From Basidiobolus meristosporus CBS 931.73 (taxonomy: Eukaryota > Fungi > Basidiobolomycota): 64,000 nt of DNA. Below the pieces are notes generated by a model, which did not search any database, was not told the DNA's origin, and saw nothing but the letters and a program-made list of their open reading frames with translations. Made by a program: the position numbers and the translations under genes. Numbering within the stretch: position 1 is the stretch's first letter; every line of letters starts with the position of its first letter. Shown piece by piece: positions 63,503-64,000 of the stretch. The stretch covers positions 41,112 through 105,111 of the forward strand of contig MCFE01000276.1 in NCBI GenBank assembly GCA_002104905.1. The letters are read 5' to 3'.

Positions 63503-64000
63503 TGTTGTAAGAGTCTTGGAGATATTGGAAGTGATTGGGAGAACAAGTAGATTATGTGGTTTTCACTTAATGATTTATTGAATGTAAAAGTGGTATTTAT
63601 ACTTTTACCTGGTCTTGGCATTACAAACACGTAGAATAGGTTAAGGAAGGTCTCAAGAACATGTGTGCAAAGTTTGGGGCTGTTTGGACAACTTTGAGAA
63701 TTTTCATGTTCTGGTACCTGGTATTTTGGTGAAAATATTCCAAGTAAATCCCAACAAGGAATTTGGTCAGTATGCTCTAGGATTTGAAGGTGATGATCTA
63801 AGTGACTAAGTTAGGTGAATATTTAGGTGGAAATACAAATTTTTGCAACACTCCCACTCAGCTAAATGTTCATACTGACTAGTCCTAATTTTGACCTAAG
63901 ATATTCAAACTTGTCTCTAGCTAATGGTTTGGTAAATATGTCTGCAATCATTTCATCTGTAGAACAGTAAACTAAGCTAACTAAGTTACTCTCTATAGCT
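63503..64000 (-). mobile_element. 3' LTR (63503-63850), PPT and RNase H end of another Copia, running off the window
   Basis: LTR closely similar to 60820-61168, followed by CTCCCACTCAGC (PPT reverse complement). Confidence 0.93.

Noticed and set aside
1-64000. Fanzor/TnpB, Helitron, tyrosine-recombinase (Starship/DIRS) or host genes
   Set aside because: No RuvC plus zinc-finger, Rep/helicase or recombinase motifs were recognised; heavily decayed relics could be missed by eye.

Overview
Gene-free, repeat-saturated eukaryotic (probably fungal) DNA made almost entirely of nested transposable elements, with very strong CpG depletion. No recognisable host gene, rRNA, tRNA or CRISPR array. Contents: (1) the 3' half of a chromodomain Ty3/Gypsy (1-2182); (2) a very young, full-length Ty3/Gypsy (16174-21113; LTRs 367/368 identical, 4-bp TSD CAAG) head-to-head with a decayed copy of the same family; (3) a Ty1/Copia family present as a full-length copy (56487-61168, TSD AGTTT), a solo LTR, a tandem pair sharing one LTR, and an old copy stretched over about 17 kb by five nested insertions; (4) five or more copies of a CACTA/En-Spm-type DNA transposon with CCCT(A/G)TGA termini, one complete with 3-bp TSD CAT (47867-54218), carrying a transposase and a divergent accessory gene; (5) a small DDE_Tnp_4 (PIF/Harbinger-ISL2EU-like) transposase family with AGACTTG termini, ANT target sites and fold-back MITE derivatives; (6) solo LTRs of two further families, one with a triplicated TATA/polyA core. 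The most unusual structure is a 463-bp, 462/463-identical inverted copy of a transposon end (39521-39983 vs 43965-44427) that looks like a recent templated repair insertion. Coordinates were read by eye; those marked approx are soft. Family names rest on recognised motifs, not database searches.
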